Position numbers and translations under genes: made by a program. This document shows, one piece after another, positions 1 to 9,943 of a stretch of 64,000 nt of DNA. The notes beneath the pieces are model-generated. The model ran no database searches. It was given only the letters and a program-made list of their open reading frames with translations, and was not told the origin of the DNA. Numbering within the stretch: the stretch's first letter is position 1; every line of letters starts with the position of its first letter. Source of the DNA: Dehalococcoidia bacterium (GTDB lineage: Bacteria; Chloroflexota; Dehalococcoidia; Dehalococcoidales; Fen-1064); NCBI GenBank assembly GCA_011170375.1, contig DUEV01000014.1:25712-89711 (forward strand), given 5' to 3'.

Positions 1-1114
1 AATTGACCTGGGCGGTCGGGTGATTATGCCCGGTCTGATTGACTGCCATCTCCACCTCGGTGGATTTGTCATCGATAAACCTGGCAGGCCGGTTGGCCAG
101 GTCTCTTTCTTAGACATGTTCTCATTTGTGTGGGACTATATGCGCAATTTTGCCAAACGAAGAAGACTGGCAATCGAGAATGGGGTCACCACCATCAGGA
201 GCGCCGGCGACAACTATCCACACATTATTAAACTTCGTGACAGGATTGAGTCGGGCAAGCTCAACGGACCCAGAGTATTTGCACCCGGACCAATATTTAC
301 CGCCCCCGGCGGGCATCCAGCAGGCACTATCTACAGACGCAATCGCTACATCGTGGAACATGCTACGAGACAATTTAATAATGCCGAAGCGACCAGAGAA
401 GAAGTGAGGAAGTTGGCGGAGGGAGGAGTGGACTGTATCAAGGCTATCTACTCCAGGACAAACCCGATGGACCTTGCCCAGGATGTCCCCCAGCTGGACC
501 TTGGTGTGCTGGAAGCATTGGTGGATGAGGCATACAGACACAATCTCCGGACAATGGTACACACGGGCAGCCCAGAGGAGACCAGAGACGCTGTCAGAGC
601 AGGCGCAGACAGTATCGAACATGGGATTTTACCCGGAGCCGATGCTACGGAGTTCTCCGATGACATCATCACAATGATGCGGGAAAATGGCACATACTAC
701 GTACCGACTCTCGCCATAGCAGGTGCAAACAGAAAAGAGTTCCCGAAGTTATTCGCCGCGGTGAAGCGAGCCGTAAAGAAGCTCCGCGATAGTGGGGTAA
801 GCATTGCCACCGGCACAGACTCGGGCTCTCCCGGCGTCGTCATCGGTAAAGGCGTTCATATTGAAATGGAACTGCTAGTGGAGGCCGGTCTCAGTCCAAT
901 GGAAGCAATAGCGGCTGCCACACGAAACGCTGCCGGGAACCTGGGGCAGGGGCACCGCTTAGGAACAATCGAGGAAGGCAAGCTAGCGGATATCATCGTA
1001 GTCTCCGGGAACCCTCTGGAACAGGCTGGCAGGACCGGTGAGATAGAGATGGTGATTAAGAACGGTAAAGTGCTGGTCAATCGACTGAGTAATGATCAGA
1101 TTCCTCGGGCATGA
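1..1114 (+). CDS. Amidohydrolase family protein (metal-dependent), 5'-truncated by window edge
   Basis: Frame is open from base 2 (IDLGGRVIMPGLIDCHLH); HxH, SIEHG, TGTDSG and GTIEEGKLADI motifs. Confidence 0.9.
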   Translation, partial: IDLGGRVIMPGLIDCHLHLGGFVIDKPGRPVGQVSFLDMFSFVWDYMRNFAKRRRLAIENGVTTIRSAGDNYPHIIKLRDRIESGKLNGPRVFAPGPIFTAPGGHPAGTIYRRNRYIVEHATRQFNNAEATREEVRKLAEGGVDCIKAIYSRTNPMDLAQDVPQLDLGVLEALVDEAYRHNLRTMVHTGSPEETRDAVRAGADSIEHGILPGADATEFSDDIITMMRENGTYYVPTLAIAGANRKEFPKLFAAVKRAVKKLRDSGVSIATGTDSGSPGVVIGKGVHIEMELLVEAGLSPMEAIAAATRNAAGNLGQGHRLGTIEEGKLADIIVVSGNPLEQAGRTGEIEMVIKNGKVLVNRLSNDQIPRA

Positions 1115-1880
1115 TGACCACATGAGGAGCACCAGTCGCCGGATGAGCCTCCACCTTTACTGACGCCGCAAAGACCTCACGAAGCATGTTCTCGGTGATG
1201 ACCTCGGCTGGTGTCCCGTCAGCCAGCACCCTGCCCTCTTTTAGCAGCACTAGCCGGTCAAAGTAGAGAGAGGCCAGGTTGAGGTCGTGCATAGCGGCGA
1301 CCACGGTCAGTCCCTGCCTCCGGTTCAGTCCCCTCACCAGCTCCAGAATCTCTACCTGGTGGGTAATGTCAAGGTGTACCGTCGGCTCATCGAGCAGCAG
1401 CAGTTCGGGCTGCTGGGCTAGTACCATAGCCAGGATAACCTTCTGACGCTCGCCACCACTGAGCTCATCAAAACGGCGTTGCTCGAGTTCACTTATGCCT
1501 GCTAATTCCAGGGCGTATCCCACCGCCTCTCTGTCCGCCTCTGTCTCACCGGTAAGGGTCCGAATAAATGGTATTCGTCCCAGCATCACCACTTCACCCA
1601 CTCTAAAAGCAAAGGGGATATGGAATTGCTGAGGCATCACCGCAATACTGCGGGCGACCGCCTTCCGTTTTATCTGGTTCAGATTGGAGCCATCCAGCCA
1701 GATTTCACCCTGACCGGGTTTCAGAATACCACTCGCCAGCTTGATAAGGGTGGTCTTGCCCGAGCCGTTAGGGCCAAGCAGCCCCACCATCTCACCAGGT
1801 TCGACCGATAGGTCAATATCATGTAGGACTAACCCGTTACCATACGAAAAGAAGACCTGTTTGATACTAAGACCAATCAT
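1077..1880 (-). CDS. btuD: Cobalamin/iron-siderophore ABC transporter ATP-binding subunit
   Basis: Walker A GPNGSGKT, LSGGERQ, LLLDEPT, HDLN; under a cobalamin riboswitch. Confidence 0.85.
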   Translation of the reverse strand: MIGLSIKQVFFSYGNGLVLHDIDLSVEPGEMVGLLGPNGSGKTTLIKLASGILKPGQGEIWLDGSNLNQIKRKAVARSIAVMPQQFHIPFAFRVGEVVMLGRIPFIRTLTGETEADREAVGYALELAGISELEQRRFDELSGGERQKVILAMVLAQQPELLLLDEPTVHLDITHQVEILELVRGLNRRQGLTVVAAMHDLNLASLYFDRLVLLKEGRVLADGTPAEVITENMLREVFAASVKVEAHPATGAPHVVIMPEESDHYSVD

Positions 1881-2968
1881 CAGAAAGCGTACTCCCTTCG
1901 GCTACGCCGCAATAAATAAAGAAAGAACGGAGCACCGACAATAGCGGTCACAATCCCCACAGGAATCTCGGTGGGGGCCAGCACAACCCGTGCTAGCAGG
2001 TCAGCAAAAACGACGAATATGGCCCCAGCCAGGGCTGACGCTGGCAGGAGAAGCCGGTGGTCAGGCCCCAAAACAAGGCGTACTGAATGCGGCATTACCA
2101 GTCCGACAAAGCTAATGAGGCCTCCAATAGAGACGGCCGCCGCCGTTAGCACTGAACCAAGAGCTAGAATGAGTATCTTGTCCCGCTCTACCTCGATACC
2201 GACATAGGCAGCGCCCTCCTCACCCAGGGAAAAGGCGTTCAGATGGTAGGCAAAGAAACGAGCTACAACCACACCGGCAACCACCAGTGGGGCAATAAAA
2301 ACTGACCATTCCCAGCCAACTACCGAGATATGCCCCATGAGAAATGAATAGACCGAGCGAATGTTGAGGTCCAGCTGGTCGCTGATAGCCATCATGAAAG
2401 ATATTATTGCTACCAGTAAGGCACTAACCACAAACCCGGCCAGCAGCATACTGACAACGGGTGTCTTGCCACCGACACGCGCCAGGTTATAGACGAGAAA
2501 TACCGTGCCCAGGGCACCGATAAAGGCAGCCAGCGGCACGAGGCCAAAGCCGAGGAGGCTGAGTTCTATCGGAAGTACCATGGCCACGGTTGCGCCCAGG
2601 GCAGCCCCGGCCGAGGTGCCAATAATGTAGGGGTCAGCCATCGGGTTTCGTAACAAGCCCTGGAACAGCACACCAGCCGTGGCCAAAGCCGCCCCTACCA
2701 GAGCACTGGCAACGACACGGGGCAGTCTTATCTGGAAAAAGATCGTCTCGTCGGCGGCACGCCAGGTATCCTGCAAATCGATAAAAGGCAACTTGTCTAT
2801 AGTCATCTTGACCACATCCGATAGAGATAACATCACTGTCCCGAAGATACTGGCCACGAACAACGCCAAGACCAGACCTACCGCCAAAAACAGTAAAACC
2901 ATGGCAAACCGGCCATGCCCTTTCAGTCTGCCGGACACCTTCCCTTTTACTCCAGTTGCGACACCCAA
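1880..2968 (-). CDS. btuC: FecCD/BtuC-family ABC permease
   Basis: IRLPR, QGLLRNPMADP, ISFVGL, EIPVG motifs; hydrophobic. Confidence 0.88.
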   Translation of the reverse strand: MGVATGVKGKVSGRLKGHGRFAMVLLFLAVGLVLALFVASIFGTVMLSLSDVVKMTIDKLPFIDLQDTWRAADETIFFQIRLPRVVASALVGAALATAGVLFQGLLRNPMADPYIIGTSAGAALGATVAMVLPIELSLLGFGLVPLAAFIGALGTVFLVYNLARVGGKTPVVSMLLAGFVVSALLVAIISFMMAISDQLDLNIRSVYSFLMGHISVVGWEWSVFIAPLVVAGVVVARFFAYHLNAFSLGEEGAAYVGIEVERDKILILALGSVLTAAAVSIGGLISFVGLVMPHSVRLVLGPDHRLLLPASALAGAIFVVFADLLARVVLAPTEIPVGIVTAIVGAPFFLYLLRRSRREYAF

Positions 2969-3075
2969 CGTTAGGCCTCCACCTCAAAAACATAGAATCC
3001 CCTCGTCGCTCGAACAAGGGGATTCATAACCTGTCACTTACTTCCCCCATCTCCGCGGAGGTAACCAAGAAAATT

Positions 3076-3215
3076 CGGGGCTGGCGTTCTGACTTCCAAC
3101 GGGTCTATTGCCCGTGGTTACAGCAGGCGGAACTGTGCCGGACTCTCACCGGTCTTGCGCTCCATTTAAGCCCTCACTCACGCTCGGGCACCCCAGGGAT
3201 TTCCTATTCAGTTGT
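3076..3215 (-). ncRNA. Cobalamin (B12) riboswitch
   Basis: Minus strand reads GGTGCCC...GGGCTTAA...CCGGTGAGAGTCCGGCACAGTTCCGCCTGCTGTAA...AAGTCAGAACGCCAGCC, matching B12-element core motifs; hairpin plus T-run near 2985-3025; upstream of btuC. Confidence 0.85.
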
Positions 3216-3270
3216 CTTATCTAGCGTAGCGGACAGCGCTGTAAAAGTCAATATGCTCACACTGCCGGAT

Positions 3271-5286
3271 TTACTCCAGTGCCCCAGCCACAATCTCAGC
3301 CAAATCTAGCACCTGCACCCGGTCATCGGCATCTTTGTCCTTGAGACCGTCCTCGAACATCACCATGCAGTACGGGCAAGAGACACAGATGGTCTTCGGG
3401 GCCTCCTCCAGAGCCTCTTCAACACGGGCAATGTTGATTCGCTTGCCGAGGTTCTCCTCCATCCACATACGTCCGCCACCGGCGCCGCAACAGAATGCCT
3501 TATTATGGTGCCGCTCCATCTCAGTCGGCGCTTCGCCAGTAACAGCTGCGACCGCCTCGCGCGGCGCCTGGTAGATTTCATTGTGACGGCCCAGATAACA
3601 GGAATCATGGAAGACTACGTTCCCCAGGTCATTGTTTTTACCATTGAGCTTGAGGCGACCTTCCTTGATTAGCTGGTTGATGAACTCGGTATGGTGGACA
3701 ACATCCAGTTCCACACCATACTGACGGTAGTCATTCTTCAGGGTACTGTAGCAGTGTGGGCACTCGGTGATAATCTTGGTGACTCCCCTCTCCTGGAACT
3801 GGGCGATATTCTCACGCGCCATACGGTCATAGACGAATTCGTTGCCGAGACGACGCAGGCTATCACCACAGCATTTTTCATCCCGACCTAGGATGCCCCA
3901 GGAAACGCCGGCAGCGTCCAGAATCCTGGCTATGGCCAGACTCACGTGCCTTTCGCGGGAATCGAAGGCACCGGCGCATCCCACATAAAAGAGATACTCG
4001 GTCTTACCAGCTTCGAAGGGCTGGGCATCAATACTGGCCGCCCACTTAGCACGGTCAGACGGGGCAATTCCCCATGGGTTGCTGCGCTGCTCGGAGTTCT
4101 CAAAGAGGTTAAGCAACTCCTCGGGGAACTTCGCCTTCATCTGTACCAGGTCACGACGCATTTCAACAATCTTGGGCACATGCTCAATGTAGACCGGGCA
4201 GACCTCCATGCAGGCGCCACAGGTAGTGCACGCCCAGATGGCATCTTCAGAAATACTGCCCTCCCGTTCGCCCCCAATCAATGCCAGCGACGGCTCCTGC
4301 TTTTTCAGCAGTGCCGGGGCGTTAGCCAACAGGTTAGCCCTGACATCACGGACAATCAGGCGGGGATTGAGTGGCTTGTCGGTCAGGTTGGCCGGGCAGT
4401 TCTCTTGGCAGTAGCCACAGACAACACAGGCCTGAATATCGAGGAGGTCCCGCTGGGTGAAATTGTCCACCCGGGAAACGCCAAAAGTGGCCTGGTTCTT
4501 GAGGTCAATCAGGCCGACCATCCCCTTGGGCGGCGCCGACCGAATGAGGTCATTTATGATGGCAGCAATCACATGCAGGTAGCGCGTGTAACCAATGATA
4601 GCCAGAACCAGCAGGACAAATACCCAGTGACTCCAGAACCAGGCGGCATACCAGGCTTCCAGCGAGGCAGCACCGTCATATAAATTGGCTACGGCCGTGC
4701 TCAACGGGGGTGTGGCGAGACCCAGCCCGGCCGGAGGGTGTCCCGCGGCAATCTGGGTAGCAATCTTACCGACATGGGTTATCGGGTGAATGAGGACAGT
4801 AATGAGAATTATCAATGCCTCCCAGGTCAGCTGGCCTTCCAGCCGCTTAGGTTTGCCGATGTAGCGGCGAAGAATACCCCAAACAGCCCCAATGACAATA
4901 AAGGGCGCAATTATATCAGTCACCCAGGCGTAGACAACGTAGAAACCATTATGCTCCATGGTGTCGGAGATACCAAAACCTGAGGCGATGACGATGAAGA
5001 GGAAGTAGTAAATGACGAAGAGAATAAAGCCCCAGAACATGAAGGCATGGCCAACGCCCGCGCGGTCGCGGTGGGTGAGGTTCTTCCACTGGCACTCCTG
5101 TACGATGATGTTAAAGAGAGCGGCCAGTCCTTTCCTTATTCCCGGTGTGGCCCCTCCATTCCCTCTACCCAGTGATATGTAACGTAAGAGCTGTCCCCCG
5201 CGATATAGGAAGATACCAGCCGCCAGGGCCGTCAGACCCCAGAAAAGAAGATAACCAATTGCCCCCAAGTCACTGACTGGATTCAT
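3271..5286 (-). CDS. Membrane-anchored Fe-S oxidoreductase (NarI-like + 2x[4Fe-4S] + CCG domains; FadF/ETF:quinone oxidoreductase-like)
   Basis: TM N-terminus with His residues; CVVCGYCQENCP, CTTCGACMEVCP, CCGD, HDSCY, CCGAGGG; start moved to ATG 5286 after AGGAGG. Confidence 0.88.
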   Translation of the reverse strand: MNPVSDLGAIGYLLFWGLTALAAGIFLYRGGQLLRYISLGRGNGGATPGIRKGLAALFNIIVQECQWKNLTHRDRAGVGHAFMFWGFILFVIYYFLFIVIASGFGISDTMEHNGFYVVYAWVTDIIAPFIVIGAVWGILRRYIGKPKRLEGQLTWEALIILITVLIHPITHVGKIATQIAAGHPPAGLGLATPPLSTAVANLYDGAASLEAWYAAWFWSHWVFVLLVLAIIGYTRYLHVIAAIINDLIRSAPPKGMVGLIDLKNQATFGVSRVDNFTQRDLLDIQACVVCGYCQENCPANLTDKPLNPRLIVRDVRANLLANAPALLKKQEPSLALIGGEREGSISEDAIWACTTCGACMEVCPVYIEHVPKIVEMRRDLVQMKAKFPEELLNLFENSEQRSNPWGIAPSDRAKWAASIDAQPFEAGKTEYLFYVGCAGAFDSRERHVSLAIARILDAAGVSWGILGRDEKCCGDSLRRLGNEFVYDRMARENIAQFQERGVTKIITECPHCYSTLKNDYRQYGVELDVVHHTEFINQLIKEGRLKLNGKNNDLGNVVFHDSCYLGRHNEIYQAPREAVAAVTGEAPTEMERHHNKAFCCGAGGGRMWMEENLGKRINIARVEEALEEAPKTICVSCPYCMVMFEDGLKDKDADDRVQVLDLAEIVAGALE

Positions 5287-5343
5287 CTCATATATCCTCC
5301 TGTTATCTGCCGCAGGATGGAAAAACACCACCCGGCGAATAAG

Positions 5344-6684
5344 CTAGTCTTTTTCCCGGGCACGCAACTCCTGAATACGGGCGGTTATGGCTGGCACCAC
5401 CTGGAAAACATCACCCTCGATACCATAGGTGGCTACCTCAAAGATTGGCGCCGTCCGGTCGCGATTTATGGCAATAATTACATCCGAGTCCTGCATGCCC
5501 ACCAGATGCTGAATAGCACCACTGATACCACAGGCGATGTAAATCTTGGGCCGAATCGTCTTGCCGGTCTGCCCCACCTGCCGTTCCACCGGTATCCAGC
5601 CGGCCTCGACAGCACTACGGGAACCAGCGACGACACCGCCCAGCTCATCGGCCAGTTCCTGCAAGAGCCTGAAATTCTCCATAGACTGCATGCCGCGTCC
5701 ACCAGCGACGACGATATCGGCGGCGGCAATATCAACATCCTCGGCAGCATGACTACGAGAATCATGAACCTCGAGTACTTTCACCCCGATGTCCTCTTCT
5801 TTAATATCCAGTAACTCACGGATAATCTCACCACTACGGGAGTCGTCCCGCTCCGGCATCGGCATCACATGCGGCCGAACGCTGGCCATCTGCGGTCGGG
5901 TACGTTCCGTCATGATTGTGGCCATAACATTGCCACCAAAGGCAGGTCGGGTCTGCAGCAGGAACCGATTCTCATCGATGGTCAGGCCGGTGCAGTCCGC
6001 TGTCAGACCGGTGCGGAGTTCGGTAGCGACTGCCCCGGCCAGGTCTCTACCCAGTCCGGTAGCACCTATGAGTACAATCTCCGGCTTGTACTTATCTACC
6101 AGATGACAGATTGCTTTGAAATAAGGCTCGGTACGGTAATGGTGAAACACTAGCTGGTCCATCAGGTAGACTTTGGAAGCGCCATAGGCAAAGGACTCCT
6201 GGCACAGGGTCTCTACGTTATCGCCTATGACTATGGTACACAGCTCTACATCCAGTGTCTTCGCTAAATCAGCGCCCACCCCGAGCAGCTCCCAGGATAC
6301 GGTGTGCGGCTCACCGTCAACCTGCTCAACGAAAATCCAGACACCCTTATATTCAGCGAGCTTGGCACGGATACGGGCATCCTCTTCATCCATCTCTTCA
6401 ACTTCAGGTTCGGCCTCGGCCCCCTTCTCTTTGGCCAGCTCATCGAGTATCTTCTGCTGCTCCGGCGTGAAGTAGATTTCAATCGCCTCAGCCGGGCATA
6501 CTCTGAGGCAACGGCGGCAGCCGGTGCACTTCTCGATATCGAAAACTGGCTCACCTGCCTCATTCATCGTTATCGCATCAGCACGACAGTCCGCCTGGCA
6601 GCGGGCACCGCAGGCAATACATTTCGCCGGTATCAACCGGGCCACACCAAGGGGTCTCTTCACCTTCTTCTTTTTCTCTTCCAC
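5344..6684 (-). CDS. etfA: Electron transfer flavoprotein alpha subunit with N-terminal 2x[4Fe-4S] ferredoxin domain
   Basis: CIACGARCQADC and CTGCRRCLRVCP; GLTADCT, QVGQTG, GISGAIQH. Confidence 0.93.
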   Translation of the reverse strand: MEEKKKKVKRPLGVARLIPAKCIACGARCQADCRADAITMNEAGEPVFDIEKCTGCRRCLRVCPAEAIEIYFTPEQQKILDELAKEKGAEAEPEVEEMDEEDARIRAKLAEYKGVWIFVEQVDGEPHTVSWELLGVGADLAKTLDVELCTIVIGDNVETLCQESFAYGASKVYLMDQLVFHHYRTEPYFKAICHLVDKYKPEIVLIGATGLGRDLAGAVATELRTGLTADCTGLTIDENRFLLQTRPAFGGNVMATIMTERTRPQMASVRPHVMPMPERDDSRSGEIIRELLDIKEEDIGVKVLEVHDSRSHAAEDVDIAAADIVVAGGRGMQSMENFRLLQELADELGGVVAGSRSAVEAGWIPVERQVGQTGKTIRPKIYIACGISGAIQHLVGMQDSDVIIAINRDRTAPIFEVATYGIEGDVFQVVPAITARIQELRAREKD

Positions 6685-6731
6685 ACTTTGCCTCCGCTAT
6701 CTATAGGAAAATAATACTTCTCCAGAAGGGG

Positions 6732-7544
6732 CTAGAGAGAGATGATGTCCCTTTCCAGCAGGCTGTCTATCAATAGATTAGCAGCCTCTTCAGGCTTGTT
6801 GAGGCCATCTCCCAGTATCTCACCCTTGACTCGCTCCGGTGAGAAGATACGGCGCACCTGAGTAGGAGAGCCCCTCAGCCCGATGGTCTCTTCGTCAAGC
6901 TGCATGACCTTGTTATCCCACAGCATTACCTCAGCCCCCTCAGCCATGAGACGCATCGGTACCGTAGGATAGCGGGGACGGTTAATCTCACGTACCACAG
7001 TAAGTACCGCCGGCAGGCGCGCCTCGACTATCTCATGCCGTCCCTCCAGTTTACGCCTGACCACTACCGTCTTAGCCCTCAGGTCGACATCATTTATCTG
7101 GTCAACCAACGTCAGTTGTGAGTAGCCCAGTCGGCTGGCGATACCGGGACCCACCTGGGCAGTATCGCCGTCAATAGTCTGTTTACCGCAAATAACCATA
7201 AGAACTTCTTCTTTCTCGCCAAGCCGCCTGATGGCTTCCGCCAGTACGCGACTGGTAGCCAGTGTGTCCGCACCACCAAAGACACGGTCACTTAGGAGGA
7301 CGACCTCATCGGCACCGAGCGACAGGGCCTTCTTCAGGGTAACCTCAGTATTGGGAGGGCCCATCGAAATTGCGGCCACCCGGAACCCGTACTTATCCTT
7401 AAGTCGCAGGCTCTCCTCCAAGGCATGGGTATCAAAAGGATTGACAATGAATGGCACCCCTTCCCGAATCAGGGTACCGGTCTCAGGGTCAATCTGTACC
7501 TGAGTGGTATCCGGCACCTGCTTGACACATGCAACTACTAACAT
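6732..7544 (-). CDS. etfB: Electron transfer flavoprotein beta subunit
   Basis: CVKQVPD, NPFD, GADTLAT, GKQTIDGDTAQVGP. Confidence 0.95.
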   Translation of the reverse strand: MLVVACVKQVPDTTQVQIDPETGTLIREGVPFIVNPFDTHALEESLRLKDKYGFRVAAISMGPPNTEVTLKKALSLGADEVVLLSDRVFGGADTLATSRVLAEAIRRLGEKEEVLMVICGKQTIDGDTAQVGPGIASRLGYSQLTLVDQINDVDLRAKTVVVRRKLEGRHEIVEARLPAVLTVVREINRPRYPTVPMRLMAEGAEVMLWDNKVMQLDEETIGLRGSPTQVRRIFSPERVKGEILGDGLNKPEEAANLLIDSLLERDIISL

Positions 7545-7576
7545 TGCCTAACCCCCTTTGTCTGAATTCCGCCACG

Positions 7577-9037
7577 CTATGACGATAGGATAGCGTTGCG
7601 GCGGTGATAACCGATAAAGTTAGCTAGAGCTTTGGCGGCCCGCTCCAGCGTCAGGTATACAGGTAATCCCTGCTCCATATAGTAGTCACGGATGCGACGC
7701 CTAGTACCTTCTGATTCGAGCGTTTCAGTCCCAATGGCCTCGACAGGCATCACCATGACCACCGGTTTTCCGAACCTATTTTTGATGTCTACCGGTACCC
7801 GGGCACGCTCGTTAATCAATTCTGGCGGTTGCGTTGTTGGACCACCAGGCCGAGCCATCATAGTCATATCAATCTCATCCACGATGATTATATCAATATC
7901 TGCCTCGGCGGCAACTATTTCCATGGCTGCCTTAAGCATCGGCGGTACCGGACCGGGACTACCGACATCTACCGGATTCCGGGCACTGGCACCGGCTGCC
8001 GGAACTATCGACATTAGCTTCTTCTGAAGCTCGATAGGAAAAACCGGTACTTCAAGCCCCACCCACTCACAGCTATCGCTGGCCGCCACACCGATACCAC
8101 CACCACCCCCGATAGGACAGACCCGGCTACCCGTTTGCGGCTCCAGATAGAGGAAAGCAAGCATGGTATCCAGCAGTTCTTCAAGACCGGTAACCCGTAC
8201 TGCGCCAGTCTGTTGGAAAACAGCGTCCCAGATTTCTTCTTCACCACCCAACGAGGCAGTATGAGACTGCACTGCCCTCGCCCCACCCTCGGTGAGGCCA
8301 CCCTTCCACAGTATTACCGGTTTTGTCCGACAGACCTCCTGAAGGAGTTTGAAGAAACGGGGGCCGTCTTTGACACCCTCGATATAGCCGGTGATTATTT
8401 TGGTATGGGAGTCCTGAAAAAAATACTCAATCAGGTCACACTCATTGATATCGCAGGCATTGCCGTAGCTGACCACCTTGCTGAACCTGATACCAAGGCC
8501 TTCAGCACGACGCGGCACACGAATACCGTAACCACCACTCTGGCTAATAAAGCCCACCGGCCCGCTTTCCTTTGGCAAGGTTGCTCCCGGTAGAATGGTG
8601 ATACCACCATCGGGAGAGTAGACCCCGAAGCAATTGGGGCCGACGATACGGATACCTCTGGCAGCTATCTCAGCCAGTTCCCTCTCCAGACTTGCCCCCT
8701 CTTCGCCTGCCTCACGGAAACCAGCACTGAGCACCTGCGCTGCTTTGACCCCTTTATCAAGGCACTCCTGAACGACTCCCGGCACTGCCCGCGCCGGGAC
8801 AGTAATTGTGGCGAAGTCAACCGTCTCAGGGATATCTTTGACACTGGCATAGGTCTTCATCCCCTGCACCTCAGTTTCCTGGGGATTTACCGGGTAAAGA
8901 GGGCCAGAGTAACCAAAAGTGAGTAATACCTGAAGTATCCTGCCACCGTATTTTCTCAAGTCCGCCGACGCCCCAATCACTGCATGGGATTTGGGATAGA
9001 AGATTGGGGCAAACTCATCCAGCTTGTTTCCGGGCAT
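7577..9037 (-). CDS. NDP-forming acyl-CoA synthetase, alpha (CoA-binding) subunit
   Basis: FYPKSHAVIGAS, GPNCFG, SQSGG, phospho-His motif SHTASL, NPVD; likely start ATG 9037. Confidence 0.85.
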   Translation of the reverse strand: MPGNKLDEFAPIFYPKSHAVIGASADLRKYGGRILQVLLTFGYSGPLYPVNPQETEVQGMKTYASVKDIPETVDFATITVPARAVPGVVQECLDKGVKAAQVLSAGFREAGEEGASLERELAEIAARGIRIVGPNCFGVYSPDGGITILPGATLPKESGPVGFISQSGGYGIRVPRRAEGLGIRFSKVVSYGNACDINECDLIEYFFQDSHTKIITGYIEGVKDGPRFFKLLQEVCRTKPVILWKGGLTEGGARAVQSHTASLGGEEEIWDAVFQQTGAVRVTGLEELLDTMLAFLYLEPQTGSRVCPIGGGGGIGVAASDSCEWVGLEVPVFPIELQKKLMSIVPAAGASARNPVDVGSPGPVPPMLKAAMEIVAAEADIDIIIVDEIDMTMMARPGGPTTQPPELINERARVPVDIKNRFGKPVVMVMPVEAIGTETLESEGTRRRIRDYYMEQGLPVYLTLERAAKALANFIGYHRRNAILSS

Positions 9038-9204
9038 ACTGTCCTTTCGCAAACTATGCCGGGTATTACAGAACATAGATAGCCGATGGCCATACCCGGC
9101 ACAGGCACAAAATTATAATATACTAATGGCTCATCTGAGTCAATTTACTCATTGCAGGATGAACTGGCCGCCATTCTCATAACAAAAACTGCACCCTACC
9201 CCTG

Positions 9205-9233
9205 TTGACAATTGCACTGCTCTAATCTAGACT
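9205..9233 (+). promoter_or_regulatory. Sigma70-type promoter of the DUF47-pit operon
   Basis: TTGACA-17 nt-TAGACT. Confidence 0.6.
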
Positions 9234-9316
9234 GGTAGTTGGTTGAGTTTGGCCTTCTAGCTAAAGCGAATAAGACCTCTCAAAATATCCTAGGCCAGAA
9301 GAAGGAGAGCAAGCAG

Positions 9317-9943
9317 TTGAGAATCCCCTTCATACCCCGTGAAGAGAAGTTCTTCGAGCTATTTCAGGACAGTGCCCACAATACCGTAAAAGCAGCCAAG
9401 GTATTAAATGAACTGGTCGATAACTGGGAACACATCGAGCAAAAGGTGGAGGAGATAAAAGAGCTGGAGCACATCGGAGATACCATTACCCACGAAATCA
9501 TTGCACGCCTGCACCGTACTTTTGTTACTCCGTTCGACCGGGAGGATATCGCTCTATTAGCTAAAAGCCTGGATGATATCATAGACTTCATTGAAAGTGC
9601 CTCCAATGACATGCTCATCTACAAGGTGGAGCCCCCCAGTCGGCGAGCCAAAGAGCTCGCCGACATTATTATTGAGGCAACCACTGAAGTTGAGCAGGCA
9701 ATAGTTGAGCTGAGGCATAAGGCCAAACTTAAGCAGATTCTCGAACGGTGCGTGGAGATAAACCGGCTGGAAAATATGGCTGATGTGGTCTACCGATCCG
9801 CTCTAGCAGAGCTTTTCGAGGACTCCACCGATATGGCCCACGTCATCAAGTGGCGCGAAATCTATGAGCATATGGAGAGTGCCACCGACAGATGCGAGGA
9901 CGTGGCCAATGTCCTGGAAGGGGTAGCCCTCAAGAATGCCTGA
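9317..9943 (+). CDS. DUF47 / PhoU-like Pit accessory protein
   Basis: LEHIGD, TFVTPFDREDI, LENMAD, DRCEDVA; TTG start after AAGGAG; overlaps pit start. Confidence 0.9.
   Translation: MRIPFIPREEKFFELFQDSAHNTVKAAKVLNELVDNWEHIEQKVEEIKELEHIGDTITHEIIARLHRTFVTPFDREDIALLAKSLDDIIDFIESASNDMLIYKVEPPSRRAKELADIIIEATTEVEQAIVELRHKAKLKQILERCVEINRLENMADVVYRSALAELFEDSTDMAHVIKWREIYEHMESATDRCEDVANVLEGVALKNA

Noticed and set aside
1077-1114. 38-bp convergent overlap of the amidohydrolase and btuD
   Set aside because: Short tail-to-tail overlaps are common in compact genomes
3946-4683. Long antisense ORFs (also 29307-30116, 19017-19616, 59173-59748)
   Set aside because: Shadows of well-supported genes on the opposite strand, with no recognisable motifs
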